A DNA stretch of 64,000 nucleotides from a virus. Under the pieces are notes generated by a model. It was not told the origin of the DNA. It made no database searches and was given only the letters and a program-made list of their open reading frames with translations. The DNA is taken from the IMG/VR virus record IMGVR_UViG_3300047548_000772, positions 64,001 through 128,000 of that record. The stretch is one strand, 5' to 3'. Position 1 is the first letter of the stretch. Every line of letters starts with the position of its first letter. A program made the translations under genes and the position numbers. Below, one piece after another: positions 30,801 through 41,600 of the stretch.

Positions 30801-33800
30801 TGTAACAATTGTTGACCCTGCACTATACTCAACGGTATATTGTCCGTTGTTGTTATAACCGTTATCAATTGTCAAGAACGAACCTTGTACACTTACCCAG
30901 ACCGGTTCGGGGATTTCAAAATCAAAAGTAAATTGATTGTTAGATACGTCTGCAACTGTAAACTCTTGCACGGTGCGGTGGATATAGTGTGCAGATCCAG
31001 CACGAACAAATGTGCTCACAGTATTATCAGGTGCACCAACAATAATATCACTGCCATCATTGCCAACGGTCACAGAATGACCAAATCTAGCAAGCCCAGT
31101 TAAACCACCAACTGTAAACTGATCAACATATCTAAAGTATGTTCCTGATGAAATTAACAAGTTACCGTTGTTAATAGGATTTAACAAGGTTAATGTAGCA
31201 ACTGTCGACCCATCGTCAATAGGATCAAACGTGTAATCGATTCCTGGGCGCAAAATAGTTTCGTTGTTATAAACTGTAATTGATTCTGCGCTAGTCGCAG
31301 TATAAATGCTAGTTAAATCAAAATCATTAGTAGGCGCCCAATATAAAGTGTCAGGAATATTAACGCCTACTGGAACATCATCAATAGCAACATAAATGTC
31401 ATGATTGATGTCAATTACATACTGACCTTCGGTCCAAGTTTGAGTGTTTAGCCACACATCAATTGGGAACGATTTACTTTGATTGCGAATTACTCTTATC
31501 TCATCGCCTGGGTTTGGTGCTACGTTAAACACAACTCCAGTGCCATTGTATGAATAGTCACGATCGGTTCCTGAAACATTTGGATACTTAGGAATGTTAT
31601 TTACAGTAACGCCTAGCTGTAGTGCGCCAACTGAAAGATCTGTACCATTGACAATAACAGTATCGTTTGTAGCGAATGTAACAGTTGACCCGTCACCGAT
31701 AAATTCTTTAACTTGGAATTCAACATCTACACGAGAGTAAGCCATTGCTGAATCGTTAGACGGAGAGCCAACATAGATCCAACGCTCGTCGGGACTAATA
31801 GCAACACTATATCCAAATTCGTCTGTGCCTACCGATGTTGGCGGAACTAGTAGTTGTGTTGGAATGTAATCGCCGGTATTAGGGTTTCTATAAACTACGC
31901 CGGCATGACCGCGGTCACCAGTTAACGATGGTGCACCAATAACAGCCCAGGTGTTACTACCAGCATCAATAGACCAACCATAGTTTTCCATGTCAGTTGT
32001 TGTACTTGCTGTTAAAACAGCAGTTTCAACATACTTGCCATTGTTGTCTAAAGCAAATCCATGAACTGCACCTTTGTTGTTGCCGTAACCTGGAGCACCG
32101 ACTAATGCGCCCGGAATGACAAAGCCTTGTGCAACCGACCAACCAAATTTTTCGCCAGCCTGTGCTCCGCCTTCGACATCTTGAACGACTGTAAACGGTT
32201 GTGTCTTACGATAAACTGCCCATGTGTCATCTCCGATGTTATCGATCCATACTTGTGCACCTGGCAATAGGCTGTTAACATATGGCAATGATGCAACTTG
32301 GTTAGGTGTTGCAACACGCATAGTTCCAAGATAGAAACAACGACCGTCGCCCGATAATGAGGTGGTGGTTCCAAGCAACGACAACGCAATAGTAATTGTG
32401 TATAGACTTGGAACAGTCAAGACATCATACACGCCATCAACGTCTGCGCTAAACTGTTTTATAATAATCTTTTGATTTGGTGTTAGTCCATGTTGGTTGT
32501 TGAATGTAACAGTTGATGTACCGTTTAAATTATCTTTGACTAAGATAACAGAACCATTAGACAAATTAGTTCTATAGATGCCCCAATTGTAGTCGTTAAC
32601 TTTGGCTACCCAAATTGGTGTTCCAACGATTAAGTTAGCTTCGCCAACTGTGTTAGTGTAGTCTGCGATAGCTTGAGGTAAACTTGCCCAGTCAAATGCT
32701 TTAACTGGCACATCATCATAGTTTACATAACCAGCACTTGGTAAACTTATGTCTGTGCTTACCAAGGTTGTTGTTGGTAAAATATCTGGACCGGTAATCT
32801 TATAACTTTCTTTCCAAAGTGTGTTATAAGTTACTGTTTGATCTGCAGTACTTTCCTGCCCAGGAGATATAATTTGAATAGTTGAAGGATTTGATTCTAA
32901 CAATGCTTGATTCAAACGAATCTCAAAATATGCGCGGCTAGCAGTTGCGCCGTAACTTGCACGTTGGATTGCCCAGTTTTCAAAAATTTCGTACTCAGCA
33001 ACTTCTTTGTTTAGATTAGCGCGAGTGAAGATATCTGTAGCACGTTTAGTACCTTTGGTGCCAAGGAATTGTTGATACAAGTTAACCTGACTAATGTCGT
33101 CAAGATTTAATGCTTGCATGTATTCGCGAGGACGGAACCCGATTAAGCCAAATGACAACAAATCTGCATCTCGTTCAAGGTTGGCAGAGTAAGTGTTATA
33201 AAAGTTACGAATTAATTCATCCTTGGTTGCTAAGTTAGGTAGCAAGCCCTTTTGAATTTGATTGTAATCGCTCTTGATCCACACAGAAAAATCAAATGCT
33301 TCTGCAGGTGGAATTACCTTGGCAGCAGACCAATAGGTACCCTTATAAAGAACAATTTGTCCTTTACTATAAGTTGTATTTGGACGCCACTCAGTGATGT
33401 TATCCTGGTTAAGGATAAAGCCTTGAGCATCAAGTTGTCCGTTCCAGTCATAGGTGGTGTAACCATTGAATAGCAATCTGCTTTGGCGTGCACCAGTGAT
33501 TGGCTTGTAGATCAAATCATTGAAAACGCTAGTATTGTCAAAAACAATAATATTTTCATAGGCTGTAAACTTAGCATACAAGTAGTTAAATGTCTGGTTG
33601 TTAATTCCAGTTAACTTTAATGTGTTGTCGATTCGATCAACCACATAGTCTTGATTTGCTAAAGGTTGTTTGTTCTGATTTAAAATAATATCGTCAATGG
33701 TAATAACATTGAGAGGTTCGACAATTTGACCTTCTCGTGTAATCTCTAAAACATTAGCTGCTGGATTGAGATTGATTAGGCTACCTGGACCCCATCCTTG

Positions 33801-36800
33801 CTGAGTCCAGTATAAGAATTCTTTGCCCATCTGATCCCAGTCAAGAACTTTTGTATTTTCAACATTTGTAAATGTCATGCCCTGACGTTCTAACAGTTTT
33901 CCGTAACTTACTAAAAAGTCAACAACTGCAGATTCACTTACGAATTCGTAACCATATGGCACTTGAACTACATTTTCAGAATAAGCAGTATTCACACGAA
34001 CATCTTGCTCGCCGACACGAATTGTACGATATACGCCATTAGGTACGCTTACTAAAATTTCAAAGTATGGACGATTTGTGCTGTAACCATAAACAGCATA
34101 ACCGTTTTCGGTTCTTTGAACAATCACGGAACTCCAAGTTAATGTATCAAACGTTGGGTTTCTATACAATAAGACTTGGAAACTTTCGTCCGGTAATAAT
34201 AAACTTGTGTTGGTACTGTCTGGGCTAGATTTTTCTGTGTAAATCTTGAGATATTGTTTGTCAGAGAAACTTGCCATGCGATAGCAAAGTCTTACATCGA
34301 TGTTGTGCAAAGTTGCATGCAAATTAGCAGTACTGTCTAAACCGCTAACACGATTATAGTCAACGATCCAGTCAATATAACTGGCTTTGCTTGTTCCGTC
34401 ACCGTAGATTTCAATGTTAACAGGGTTTACACGGAAACGACCTTGGTACAAATATTGGTCATATTCGGCATTATACTGATACAAATCTCGATCAATGTTA
34501 AGTGCAAAGAACTTAGCTGGCTTAGTTACTGACAATAGTTTCATAACCGCAAATGGCCAAGCACTTGAACGGCGCCACGATGCTTCAACAGGGCCGTCGT
34601 CGCCTGCTACCCAGGATTTACGGAAGCTAAGGGCATTATAATCACCAACAACTGTGCTAATTGGTGGTAATAAATTGCCTTGTGAATCAACTGGAATAAC
34701 ATTTGTCAAACCAGGACGAACATACAATGGATTAATATACGGACCAGCAGGATCTTTAACCAAACCTGCTTCAAGGTCTTCCCATAAAACCATATTGCCT
34801 GATGTATATGGCGCTGAGCCATATTCTAGTTGCCACCATGCTGGTTCCTCAGAGAAGCCAAGCATTTCCCACGGACGAGTGTGCGGATAATTTGTGTCGT
34901 AGAAGTATTGATAGATTCCACGCCAATTGCCTAGTAAAGGATCTTGGTTAAGTTTGTCCGACGAACTTGAATAGTTCCAAGTAAATGCATTATCGGCATC
35001 ATAATCTTGTGCGCGATAGTCTAGTTTGTTTGTACCGACCCAAGTTAAGAAACTTAGATTTAATATTTGAGTTATTTCACCTTGTGAGTATTCGGTTGTA
35101 CGGAACTGACCTGGTGCAACATCTTCGTAAGATAAGGTAGCAAGTTGATGTTCACCTTTGAGATTGTCATAAACTCGACGTTCAAACTCTAATAAAACTT
35201 CGTCGCGGAAGTCACTGAATGCAACAGTAATAGATCCATCGTGTCCTTGAATAACCCATGTTGGATTAACATAGGTGTCATCTAAGAACATCTCCGGCAT
35301 GTATGCTGGGTACATTCTTAGTTTGGTTGGTGTGTTTGGAACAAAACTTCCGGTGGTATTTTGAAATTCTCGAATAGTTACAACATCACCAACTTGCAAA
35401 TCAACAAGCAATGTTACTTTGCGAGTGCCGTTGGTGTACGAATATTGGTGATCATCACCAACTAGCAAAATGTCGTTTAGATATACCAAGAATCCAGTAT
35501 AACCTGCCACTTCAAAATCGTAACTATAAAGCAAATCAAACGTTTGTGTTGATACAGGTGTAATGTTGTAAACAGTTTGTTCGTAAGCATCACCCGAAGG
35601 TATCATGTCGCTCCAGTAGAATGGCGACATTTGTGTCTTACCTATATTAATATAGGCCAACGCTTCATCGAGTACCTGCGCGGCTGTTTTGTTTTCGACA
35701 TTAAGTTTAGCAACAGTATCTAGCAATAAGTTTTTAAACTGCTGGTATGACCCTGCATTAAAGTCTGCGGCGCGAGCAAACTCGTAGGCTCCTGTGCGCA
35801 TAAACACGCCAGCAAAACTCAAAGGCGAACTTTGTTGTAAAATAACTTGACCATAAGGAACAATGTTTCCAAGGTCTCGAGTATTGTTGCGTCCGTTAAT
35901 TGTACCAGAAAAGTCTTTAAGATTTTGACAAATAGTTCCGTAGTGTGTTCTAATAGTGCCTAATGTTAATTCTGTTGCATTTTCGTTGATTGGGTTATTT
36001 TCAAGATTCAACGGAACGCTGTAAAAACCTACATTGCTGGCTACATCGCTAACAACTGATACTTCGATAACTGTTCCTTCGACTACGATATCTTGATCGA
36101 GTACCCATTGATTAAATGTAATTGTAGTCGATCCGTTGCTGTTAATTGCGTAGGTGTAACCAGAAGGTTCTAAAAAGTTTGAGTCAACAAATACTTTAAC
36201 TGGAATTTCGTCAAGGTTAGTAGTAACTGGAACATCGACAATTAGTGGTTGGTTAGCATAGATGAACTTAAACTCTTGTCGGCTAACTGTTTGGGTAAAC
36301 CCGGTTTGCCAACCTAAAAGTTGTTGGTATGTAGTGCGAGTAGAGTATTGACGAACTACCCCAGCCTGAATCGGCTCTGTAATACCAACGGTGTTTTCTA
36401 CATACACAAAACTATCAGTGTATAAATTGTTGTCGAACACAATGTCGCCAACATTGTTAATTGTTAGATAACGTAGTGGTTGACCAATTACCAAATCTTC
36501 TGCGCCGGTACCAACAGCATAACTGAATAACTTTGTGCCAGAGAATGTTGAACTAGGGTAAACGGCAATGTCAGAAAAACTATAGCCATTCTGGTCAAAC
36601 ACATCAAATAGCGGCGGTTGGTTAATTGATGTTTTTTGTTGTGCTGGTACCCAAGTTATTCCATTAAACCAGTAGCTCTTACCTTGTTGGCTTACACCAC
36701 TTAAACAAACAACATTTTGATCAACTAAAATATCCGGTGTGCGTAAATCTGCAGGTTGTAGATCAATTATAGGAGTGCCAGTGTTACCTGGGTCAACAAA

Positions 36801-38612
36801 TCTTACAACATATACTTTGTTTCTAACTTCTGGATCTCTATCGTTGGCAAAAATTACACGGCTGCCGGTGATAAATGCGTACCCATCAACAGAATAACCA
36901 ATGGTACCATTGATATTAGACATTGCATCTGTTTCTTGGAAATCAATGATGTTAACTGGTTCGATTGCTTCAGTACCGAAGTTGAATAACTTAATATCCG
37001 GGCGGAACTCAATAATTGGACGGCGTGCTCTAAATGCATTGTCAACATACGGAACTGTGTTGTTGTATTCGGCACTTGCATAGATTACATCAATGTGGAA
37101 CCAACGGTTGCTGCGGCTCCATGCATTTTTATCAAAACTTGCGCGGTTAATAGTCATGTAATCTGGATACAACGGTGCATTTTGAGTTGCATCGAAACTG
37201 CCAACATCGTACGGCGTTGAGTCGTAAGGAACCGATGAGCTTTCTGTGTAAGTTTCAGGAGTAATGAATTCTAGTACAGGCAATAACTTAATTGCTTGAC
37301 CGACACCCTCGACATAATATTCGTTGCCAACATATGATGAAGGAACAACTGCGCCCTGGAATTGTACTTTTAACCCATTGGTGAAAACCACACCATTAGG
37401 GCTAGTATAATTTTTACGTCCTAAAATTTCTGTATCAACATTAATTGTTTGTGCAGTAGTGTCGTTGATAACTTTAATTGCGCCAAAGAATGTAGGATCG
37501 GTTGCATCTTGATAATACAACAAATCTAAATCTGCTGTAATTAACGGAATACGTTGAAACTCTAGGTTTTCGTCTTTGTAAAAACTAATATTAGCGTATG
37601 TGTTTCCATAAAGAATTGTAGTGCGAGTATTGATAGCAAGACTTTGATCCAACTGAAGCTGAATTACACCGTTGACTACAGTAATACGCCAAATGTTATA
37701 AACATCAACATCAAAACCCGGAGTAACAAAAATTAACGTGCGATTGACAATATCTGCAAAGCCGTCGATGCCACCGTGTGTGGTCATAAATGTCACATAG
37801 TCTTGTCCGTTAATGTCGTCGAACGCTAACGTTGTTGCAAAATCTGTGCCACCGATATTTGTAAAATCAAAATAAAAGTTCTGAGCGTTAATTGCCGGAA
37901 CTGAAAAATCAATTGCACCAAGGTCCTCGCCATTGTTAGTAACACCTAAGACTTCTCGACTACTTTGATTTGGTGTAGCCGGAAGTACACCGTTAACTCC
38001 TGGGACGCTTTGAATATACAAACGATTACCGGTTTGATTAACGTTAAAAGTATATGTGCCATTACGTACAATCGAAATTGTAGGATTGAGTCCTGTGTAT
38101 CCCTCAACAGTATAGCCACGATCGGTGCGTGTGATATTAAAGTCATTGGTTGTTGGTACAACGGTTGGGCTGACTGTTACCGAATTTGGACCACCAGGAA
38201 TCCAAAAGTACTGACTAAAGTTAACAAACTTGTCGTAGTCAACAAAAGGATCGAATGAGTAATACTCGCTTGACCATAGGCGATCTTGTCTAGTAGTGAT
38301 ACCACCTTGTACACCTACAGCATCAACTAAACCAGGGTAAGTGATTGCATCAACAACAGTATTGGTATTGTCTTTTAAGAATACAACTCCAGGCTCAAGT
38401 TGATAATCAGATCGAGTCTTTGTTGGTTCTAGTACATAACTATCTGTAGGATTAACGCCAGGACCAACACGACGTCCAATGTAACCTTGAGTAGGTTTTA
38501 ATTTTGGATTTTGTGTTAGCTGATCTAGTGTTGCACTTAAAAACTGTTTGTTAGTTTCTGTGCGAAAGATCTCAGGTAGAAAATCAACTGTACGAATTCT
38601 TGACATTGCCAT
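24822..38612 (-). CDS. Giant baseplate wedge-associated protein (gp7-like position), 4596 aa, with FG-GAP-like propeller repeats
   Basis: Follows the gp6-like gene. Repeats EKFGWSVA, DEFGYSVAIS...VGSP, ARFGHSV...VGAP, AHFGTSV...VGAP, EKFGQSVS...VGAP. Confidence 0.65.
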   Translation of the reverse strand: MAMSRIRTVDFLPEIFRTETNKQFLSATLDQLTQNPKLKPTQGYIGRRVGPGVNPTDSYVLEPTKTRSDYQLEPGVVFLKDNTNTVVDAITYPGLVDAVGVQGGITTRQDRLWSSEYYSFDPFVDYDKFVNFSQYFWIPGGPNSVTVSPTVVPTTNDFNITRTDRGYTVEGYTGLNPTISIVRNGTYTFNVNQTGNRLYIQSVPGVNGVLPATPNQSSREVLGVTNNGEDLGAIDFSVPAINAQNFYFDFTNIGGTDFATTLAFDDINGQDYVTFMTTHGGIDGFADIVNRTLIFVTPGFDVDVYNIWRITVVNGVIQLQLDQSLAINTRTTILYGNTYANISFYKDENLEFQRIPLITADLDLLYYQDATDPTFFGAIKVINDTTAQTINVDTEILGRKNYTSPNGVVFTNGLKVQFQGAVVPSSYVGNEYYVEGVGQAIKLLPVLEFITPETYTESSSVPYDSTPYDVGSFDATQNAPLYPDYMTINRASFDKNAWSRSNRWFHIDVIYASAEYNNTVPYVDNAFRARRPIIEFRPDIKLFNFGTEAIEPVNIIDFQETDAMSNINGTIGYSVDGYAFITGSRVIFANDRDPEVRNKVYVVRFVDPGNTGTPIIDLQPADLRTPDILVDQNVVCLSGVSQQGKSYWFNGITWVPAQQKTSINQPPLFDVFDQNGYSFSDIAVYPSSTFSGTKLFSYAVGTGAEDLVIGQPLRYLTINNVGDIVFDNNLYTDSFVYVENTVGITEPIQAGVVRQYSTRTTYQQLLGWQTGFTQTVSRQEFKFIYANQPLIVDVPVTTNLDEIPVKVFVDSNFLEPSGYTYAINSNGSTTITFNQWVLDQDIVVEGTVIEVSVVSDVASNVGFYSVPLNLENNPINENATELTLGTIRTHYGTICQNLKDFSGTINGRNNTRDLGNIVPYGQVILQQSSPLSFAGVFMRTGAYEFARAADFNAGSYQQFKNLLLDTVAKLNVENKTAAQVLDEALAYINIGKTQMSPFYWSDMIPSGDAYEQTVYNITPVSTQTFDLLYSYDFEVAGYTGFLVYLNDILLVGDDHQYSYTNGTRKVTLLVDLQVGDVVTIREFQNTTGSFVPNTPTKLRMYPAYMPEMFLDDTYVNPTWVIQGHDGSITVAFSDFRDEVLLEFERRVYDNLKGEHQLATLSYEDVAPGQFRTTEYSQGEITQILNLSFLTWVGTNKLDYRAQDYDADNAFTWNYSSSSDKLNQDPLLGNWRGIYQYFYDTNYPHTRPWEMLGFSEEPAWWQLEYGSAPYTSGNMVLWEDLEAGLVKDPAGPYINPLYVRPGLTNVIPVDSQGNLLPPISTVVGDYNALSFRKSWVAGDDGPVEASWRRSSAWPFAVMKLLSVTKPAKFFALNIDRDLYQYNAEYDQYLYQGRFRVNPVNIEIYGDGTSKASYIDWIVDYNRVSGLDSTANLHATLHNIDVRLCYRMASFSDKQYLKIYTEKSSPDSTNTSLLLPDESFQVLLYRNPTFDTLTWSSVIVQRTENGYAVYGYSTNRPYFEILVSVPNGVYRTIRVGEQDVRVNTAYSENVVQVPYGYEFVSESAVVDFLVSYGKLLERQGMTFTNVENTKVLDWDQMGKEFLYWTQQGWGPGSLINLNPAANVLEITREGQIVEPLNVITIDDIILNQNKQPLANQDYVVDRIDNTLKLTGINNQTFNYLYAKFTAYENIIVFDNTSVFNDLIYKPITGARQSRLLFNGYTTYDWNGQLDAQGFILNQDNITEWRPNTTYSKGQIVLYKGTYWSAAKVIPPAEAFDFSVWIKSDYNQIQKGLLPNLATKDELIRNFYNTYSANLERDADLLSFGLIGFRPREYMQALNLDDISQVNLYQQFLGTKGTKRATDIFTRANLNKEVAEYEIFENWAIQRASYGATASRAYFEIRLNQALLESNPSTIQIISPGQESTADQTVTYNTLWKESYKITGPDILPTTTLVSTDISLPSAGYVNYDDVPVKAFDWASLPQAIADYTNTVGEANLIVGTPIWVAKVNDYNWGIYRTNLSNGSVILVKDNLNGTSTVTFNNQHGLTPNQKIIIKQFSADVDGVYDVLTVPSLYTITIALSLLGTTTSLSGDGRCFYLGTMRVATPNQVASLPYVNSLLPGAQVWIDNIGDDTWAVYRKTQPFTVVQDVEGGAQAGEKFGWSVAQGFVIPGALVGAPGYGNNKGAVHGFALDNNGKYVETAVLTASTTTDMENYGWSIDAGSNTWAVIGAPSLTGDRGHAGVVYRNPNTGDYIPTQLLVPPTSVGTDEFGYSVAISPDERWIYVGSPSNDSAMAYSRVDVEFQVKEFIGDGSTVTFATNDTVIVNGTDLSVGALQLGVTVNNIPKYPNVSGTDRDYSYNGTGVVFNVAPNPGDEIRVIRNQSKSFPIDVWLNTQTWTEGQYVIDINHDIYVAIDDVPVGVNIPDTLYWAPTNDFDLTSIYTATSAESITVYNNETILRPGIDYTFDPIDDGSTVATLTLLNPINNGNLLISSGTYFRYVDQFTVGGLTGLARFGHSVTVGNDGSDIIVGAPDNTVSTFVRAGSAHYIHRTVQEFTVADVSNNQFTFDFEIPEPVWVSVQGSFLTIDNGYNNNGQYTVEYSAGSTIVTINNGVLSVGDAVEIATNNFFNVQTIISNNPHEKQLFGAAIDVCPTNCTTYIGVPNDSINLPEAGSTDRWINQIRQFGVVTTANQDPTLTPGDILYINNYSVSVVEPTSWNSLVTWAAGTFVINGSDIYRASQNVPIGIAISDTNYWTVSTWVDNFAQNIIDANVPNVTAFSSNGYLTISIVDDAAATAFNKLEVLPGPGTNNLFTDLGISTFIWSQTLRSPNETAYAHFGTSVNAGKNNLTLTVGAPDGEAQEPVTFDGGETTFDFNTTNFYSAADQSGVAYTFDYIGTSPAGSINDITKFVFGQQLYDPSLKSMEKFGQSVSYVGANLLVGAPSDRTDGDSTVVGGLVQFENPTRTPAWQAIYTQQPVVDVYLLDSIYTYDRLTSGVTQYFDFIDPLQGKILGAARQNIDFLGARDPAMYNVGTENNNGITWGEEHLGEIWWDLSTVRFVDYHQSTLQYASRRWGQVFPGSSVDVYQWIGSSVPPADYVDTVGVGTPYSTTSYTVNTKLNSNTGVFETRYFFWVKDIPEVATFAKKNLSTAAIKQYIENPKSAGIPYAAAVAPSAIALYNGAPYISAQDTILTVNFDRIKNDDNIHSEYDLVADGNPDAFIQAGLYRKLLDSFCGENTLGGLVPDPTLSPANRYGVQFRPRQSMFVDRFAALQNYLTRANNILSLYPIVDMRSFALLDSAEPEPSASSGLWNKRVATYEILTYQDLWAVPLGYNYLVASDETVEGLWTIYTVQMNSTGVERELHLSRVQTYDTRQYWSYVNWIKQGYNNNVKPLLEVPTYADLLRITPVVDLTVKVLKNSSGKYEVYQYQNTGTDVDPVYEWVRVVLEDGTIAISSVLWSYGEGAFGFDVEVFDSQRFDEAPIAETRQILKALNEEIFIDDLAIYRNQLLMLAFEFIMTEQGSPDWLFKTSLIDVNHKIRDLLPYQIYRRDNQDFVLDYIKEVKPYHVQIREFNLRYEGFDTYKGTLTDFDVPAYFDESASQFVSPILDDSEYPLDPISSRTGSWTGWQQIPYSQWFQNYTLYVDSVTIIDAGGAYTLPPKATVVPNPLDPNINNIVEATLSVQLYTDGTIRYIEVLTPGTGYTLTPSIYIEGEDSTGAWAVPVMNNELVRSFLTTIKFDRIDYTSSVIDWTENTNYDAGQLVRFNNAAYEVNENINSGTQFDPAYYTEVDPADLTASNRVMGYYNPGINEPGLELALVINGIDYPGVQVYGVNFDQNTGFDVGNFDINPFDNISYLPDGAPTYDPSILDATYTSEFLDPYLGILPAPAYDGAPPNLGPNPIVVSGGEFVDTYSSHAPEELVPGATFDTLDFRVYTRPGADWTGNGHGFPMYSRAFVYEPIIHSSFYFGGMSDEVTAVRVVNLTTGASLIPNVDYMIDWPTYTVEILPTTASVFDGNNIEVDVYGLGGGNQLYYKSYLGGDVGNNLVISVNFNEIYDLLVIVNGERITNYTYNSFATFFTEITFDNTYTDLDRVFVAAFGVQTPVQYDYSYPVTQYIPYTGSSTYNLTNSLVYTNMINAVVERSGLRLRPAEGIEYYGDNLTVEYALPTRAGTNQQYIASNEVIVFVDNVRKYPSLDFSLSPWTGTNNRYISFFTAPAAGAHIYIAVTTDADYTINPGNNLLTLYVSAIPGAPIAVTTWGDTRQQDLLTQVFVGPTTTGALESEGYDETDFDSGLVTGGPGTYDYAAGVVIYSNNFDTGRAILNPERLWVTKNGKRLAFGEGYTVSGTVVQLTGPIISLGDVVVITSFTQSVVPDAMEFRIFQDMRGNQVLYRMTPNTTTELVADLTADADVIYVADASHLSEPNLAIGIFGVITINGERITYRNRDVESNTVSGLRRGVAGTAADHHYVGAAVYDIGRGEALPAYYQQQVHNNTFYGDGVTDTFATDLPFYADMTAAMEGAVRVRVGGTELLPGTGAYVVSSISPTVAVQITTPPAEGVEVNVYIVEAHVMYAQGVGTASNGIALQEQTTKAAKFIRGQA

Positions 38613-38613
38613 A

Positions 38614-41600
38614 TTAGATTACACCACTGTTAGGAGCTGTTTTAAGTTCACTGCTGGTTAGAGCAGTAATTACAAGTATATCGTTAACGCTTGCAGCGTT
38701 AACAAAAATTTCATTTGGAGCACAACGTATTTCGTATAAGTCACCAAAGTTCTTAGTTGCATTTACCGGCACAAGTACTGCGGTGCTAATAATGTCACCA
38801 AGTTCTTTGTGCAGATAAGCTGCAAGTTCAGAGAAGTAAAACGTCTGGCCAAAATCCCACTTATCTAAAGTAAAGTACTCGTTGATCTTAGCAACTACGC
38901 GACTCTTAATTTCTGTATCACTAACTGCAACCTTAGGATAACGAATAACCTTAATGGTTGCACGAAGCTCGCTAGCGGCTTTAGATCCGAATAATGGTTT
39001 GAAGCTTACGCTGTTTAAGATAATATTGTCAGAGATCATCTTAAATTGGTTGAGTGAGCTGTACGCTGCTGTTAATTCATCTGTAGTGGGCACAGATGGT
39101 TTAGGTACTGTTCCGGTACTATCCTTGATATAATTTTGATAAGCATTGTAGTATGCTTGTGTTACCAAATACATATCAATAATATTTGTTGAACCAGGAT
39201 CAATGCGGCGGTTCAACGGAGCATTATGTCGATACTGGAAGTACAAATCTTGACGTCCAACACGAGCAAAAAATTCGTCACTAACAACAATTAAATTTCT
39301 TGCACCTAAGTAGTCAATGGTTAACTGATAAAAGATTCCTGTGTCATAAGCATAGAAATACTGTCCATTAGCATAGTCGCCTTTGACTTGTTCAATGGCA
39401 AGTTGGTTTGGATAGCTAGAGTTGATTGTGTTTGGAGGAACTAACACAAAACGCTCTAAGTTATCAAAGTCAACAGTACGTTGCAAGAACACATACTTTT
39501 GCGTTGGATTAACTGTTGGTGCAACAATTGTTGTAAAATAATCTGGGTTATCTGCAATACCATCGTTGTCTGCGTCAACAAAGCTAACTCGAACACGAAA
39601 ATCATTTACATAACCATCATCTTCAACCGGCTGACCAATAATATCTAAAATCTCATCGTTGTTTAAAGGAGTACTTGCATCCGGTGCGCTATTTGTTTTT
39701 AGAACATTAATAAAGTCGTTGACAACAAAACCTGTGCGAGGATCATAAACTTGCTGTGAACCGTCATAGAAGAAACGTGTTTGTAGCACACTACCAAAGT
39801 AACGATCCAACGAACGCGAAGTGATTGTGTAACTAGATCCGTCGGTAATAAATGCAACTAGCCACGAATTATCTAAGCCGAGACCGTCGGTATTACCAGC
39901 ATAGGTTAAGCTAAAGGTTGTAGCTGAATTTAAATTAGTTTGTGTAATTAGATACCACGAACCAACGCTGCCTGTAACAGTACCTGTGCTGTCGTAGCCG
40001 ATGCCAAAGTCTCGATATAACTCCATTTGATCCATGATTTGTTGTTCAAATGTAGTTGGCAAGTCTGTAACAAACTTTGGAATTACTTGTACAGGAATCG
40101 CGCCCGAAGGAATATAATTGTTAAGAACAACTGGACCAGTGCCATCAACGAAATTACCTTGTCCAAAGTTAGTACCGTCAAGGTAACAGCCAGAAATTGT
40201 AGCCCATAAAACTGTTTTGTCGTTTGGTCCAGTTGCAGTACCTACCTTTAGTCGATTATTAGAATCAAAATAGTAACCCGAAGGTGGTACAAACTTAACC
40301 AAGGCATCCTGAACAATGTACTTGGCATTGTTACTAACAGTAGGGCCAATTGGTGCTGGATTATTTTTAGCAGCACCTGCGGTGTAGTAAAAATAACCAG
40401 TGGTTTCATTGGCTAGGGTCGTGCTTTCTTGCCAAGCAAAATTTAACACGCCTAGGCTAGGGCGAGGGAAATCTTGGTAGTAAAATTCTAACATACCTCG
40501 ATTGCTTAACAATGGCTCAAGATCATTGACAATCATGTTAGCAATATCGTTGGTATCTAAGAATGTAAAATTAAAACTCGGAGTGGTAACTTCTTCCCAT
40601 AGACCACCGTCGCTGGCAAAAATATTTGTTGATGAATATTTTCCAGTGATGTCAACTAGGTCTAGGTAACGACTTGTGCCAATTGAGCTGCGATTGACGG
40701 CCTTTGACTTGATAATGCTGCTGTATAAGGTATATGGAAAATTATTGTAATCTTCGCCGTTAACCATACGATCTTGTGTGTAATAGCGAGCCGGTGCACG
40801 TTGCTTAATGTCGCCAATGGTTTCACGTGTAGCTGCATTACTTACAGGCTGACTTAAATTACATGTGAATGTAATTGTTTCTTGACGACCAGTGCGGCTA
40901 ATGTACCCGATGTTAATTGCAATGGCTTGCATTTCGTCAGGAGTGATTACATATTGCAAACCATTGGATGCACGTACATAGGTACGGAACAAGCCGACTG
41001 GGATTTCAGTAAACACACCGTCGCCAAAGTTTAGATTAATTTGGTCATTGGTGCGTGAAGTTACAGTAAAGAACTTACGGGCTTCTGGATTAACTTGCTC
41101 AATTGCTGCACCGTATAAGTTTTGTACTTCAGTCCATTCATACTGAATCTGACCATTGTCGTTTAATTGATATACCCAAACGTCTGTGTTGTTAATTCCG
41201 TCGACGTTGACATTAACTACACGATTACTAATTCGTTCGCCTAGACTAAAATCTAAATTTTGCAAGTTACCTTGTTTAAAGAAGAAAAAGAATCCTGTGT
41301 TAGGACTTGCATAACCCATGTAATCGTTACGATACAAAATGTTAAACAATCCGTTAGGACGAGGCGCAGGTTCATAGACATAATCACGATCTTGTGTTGT
41401 AGCACTAACGGCTTCGAAGACCATAGCATTGTTGTCAACTGTAGCATTAAAAGGAATTACAGGAAGGTATCCCGGAACAAGGTTTAGTGAATATTCTTGT
41501 GTTAAAATACCAACAATATCTTTAACTGCACCCGGTTTTCCTATACGTTGACTGTCAACTAACGCGGCGTTGATGATAACAGTCATTTGTTCTAACCATG

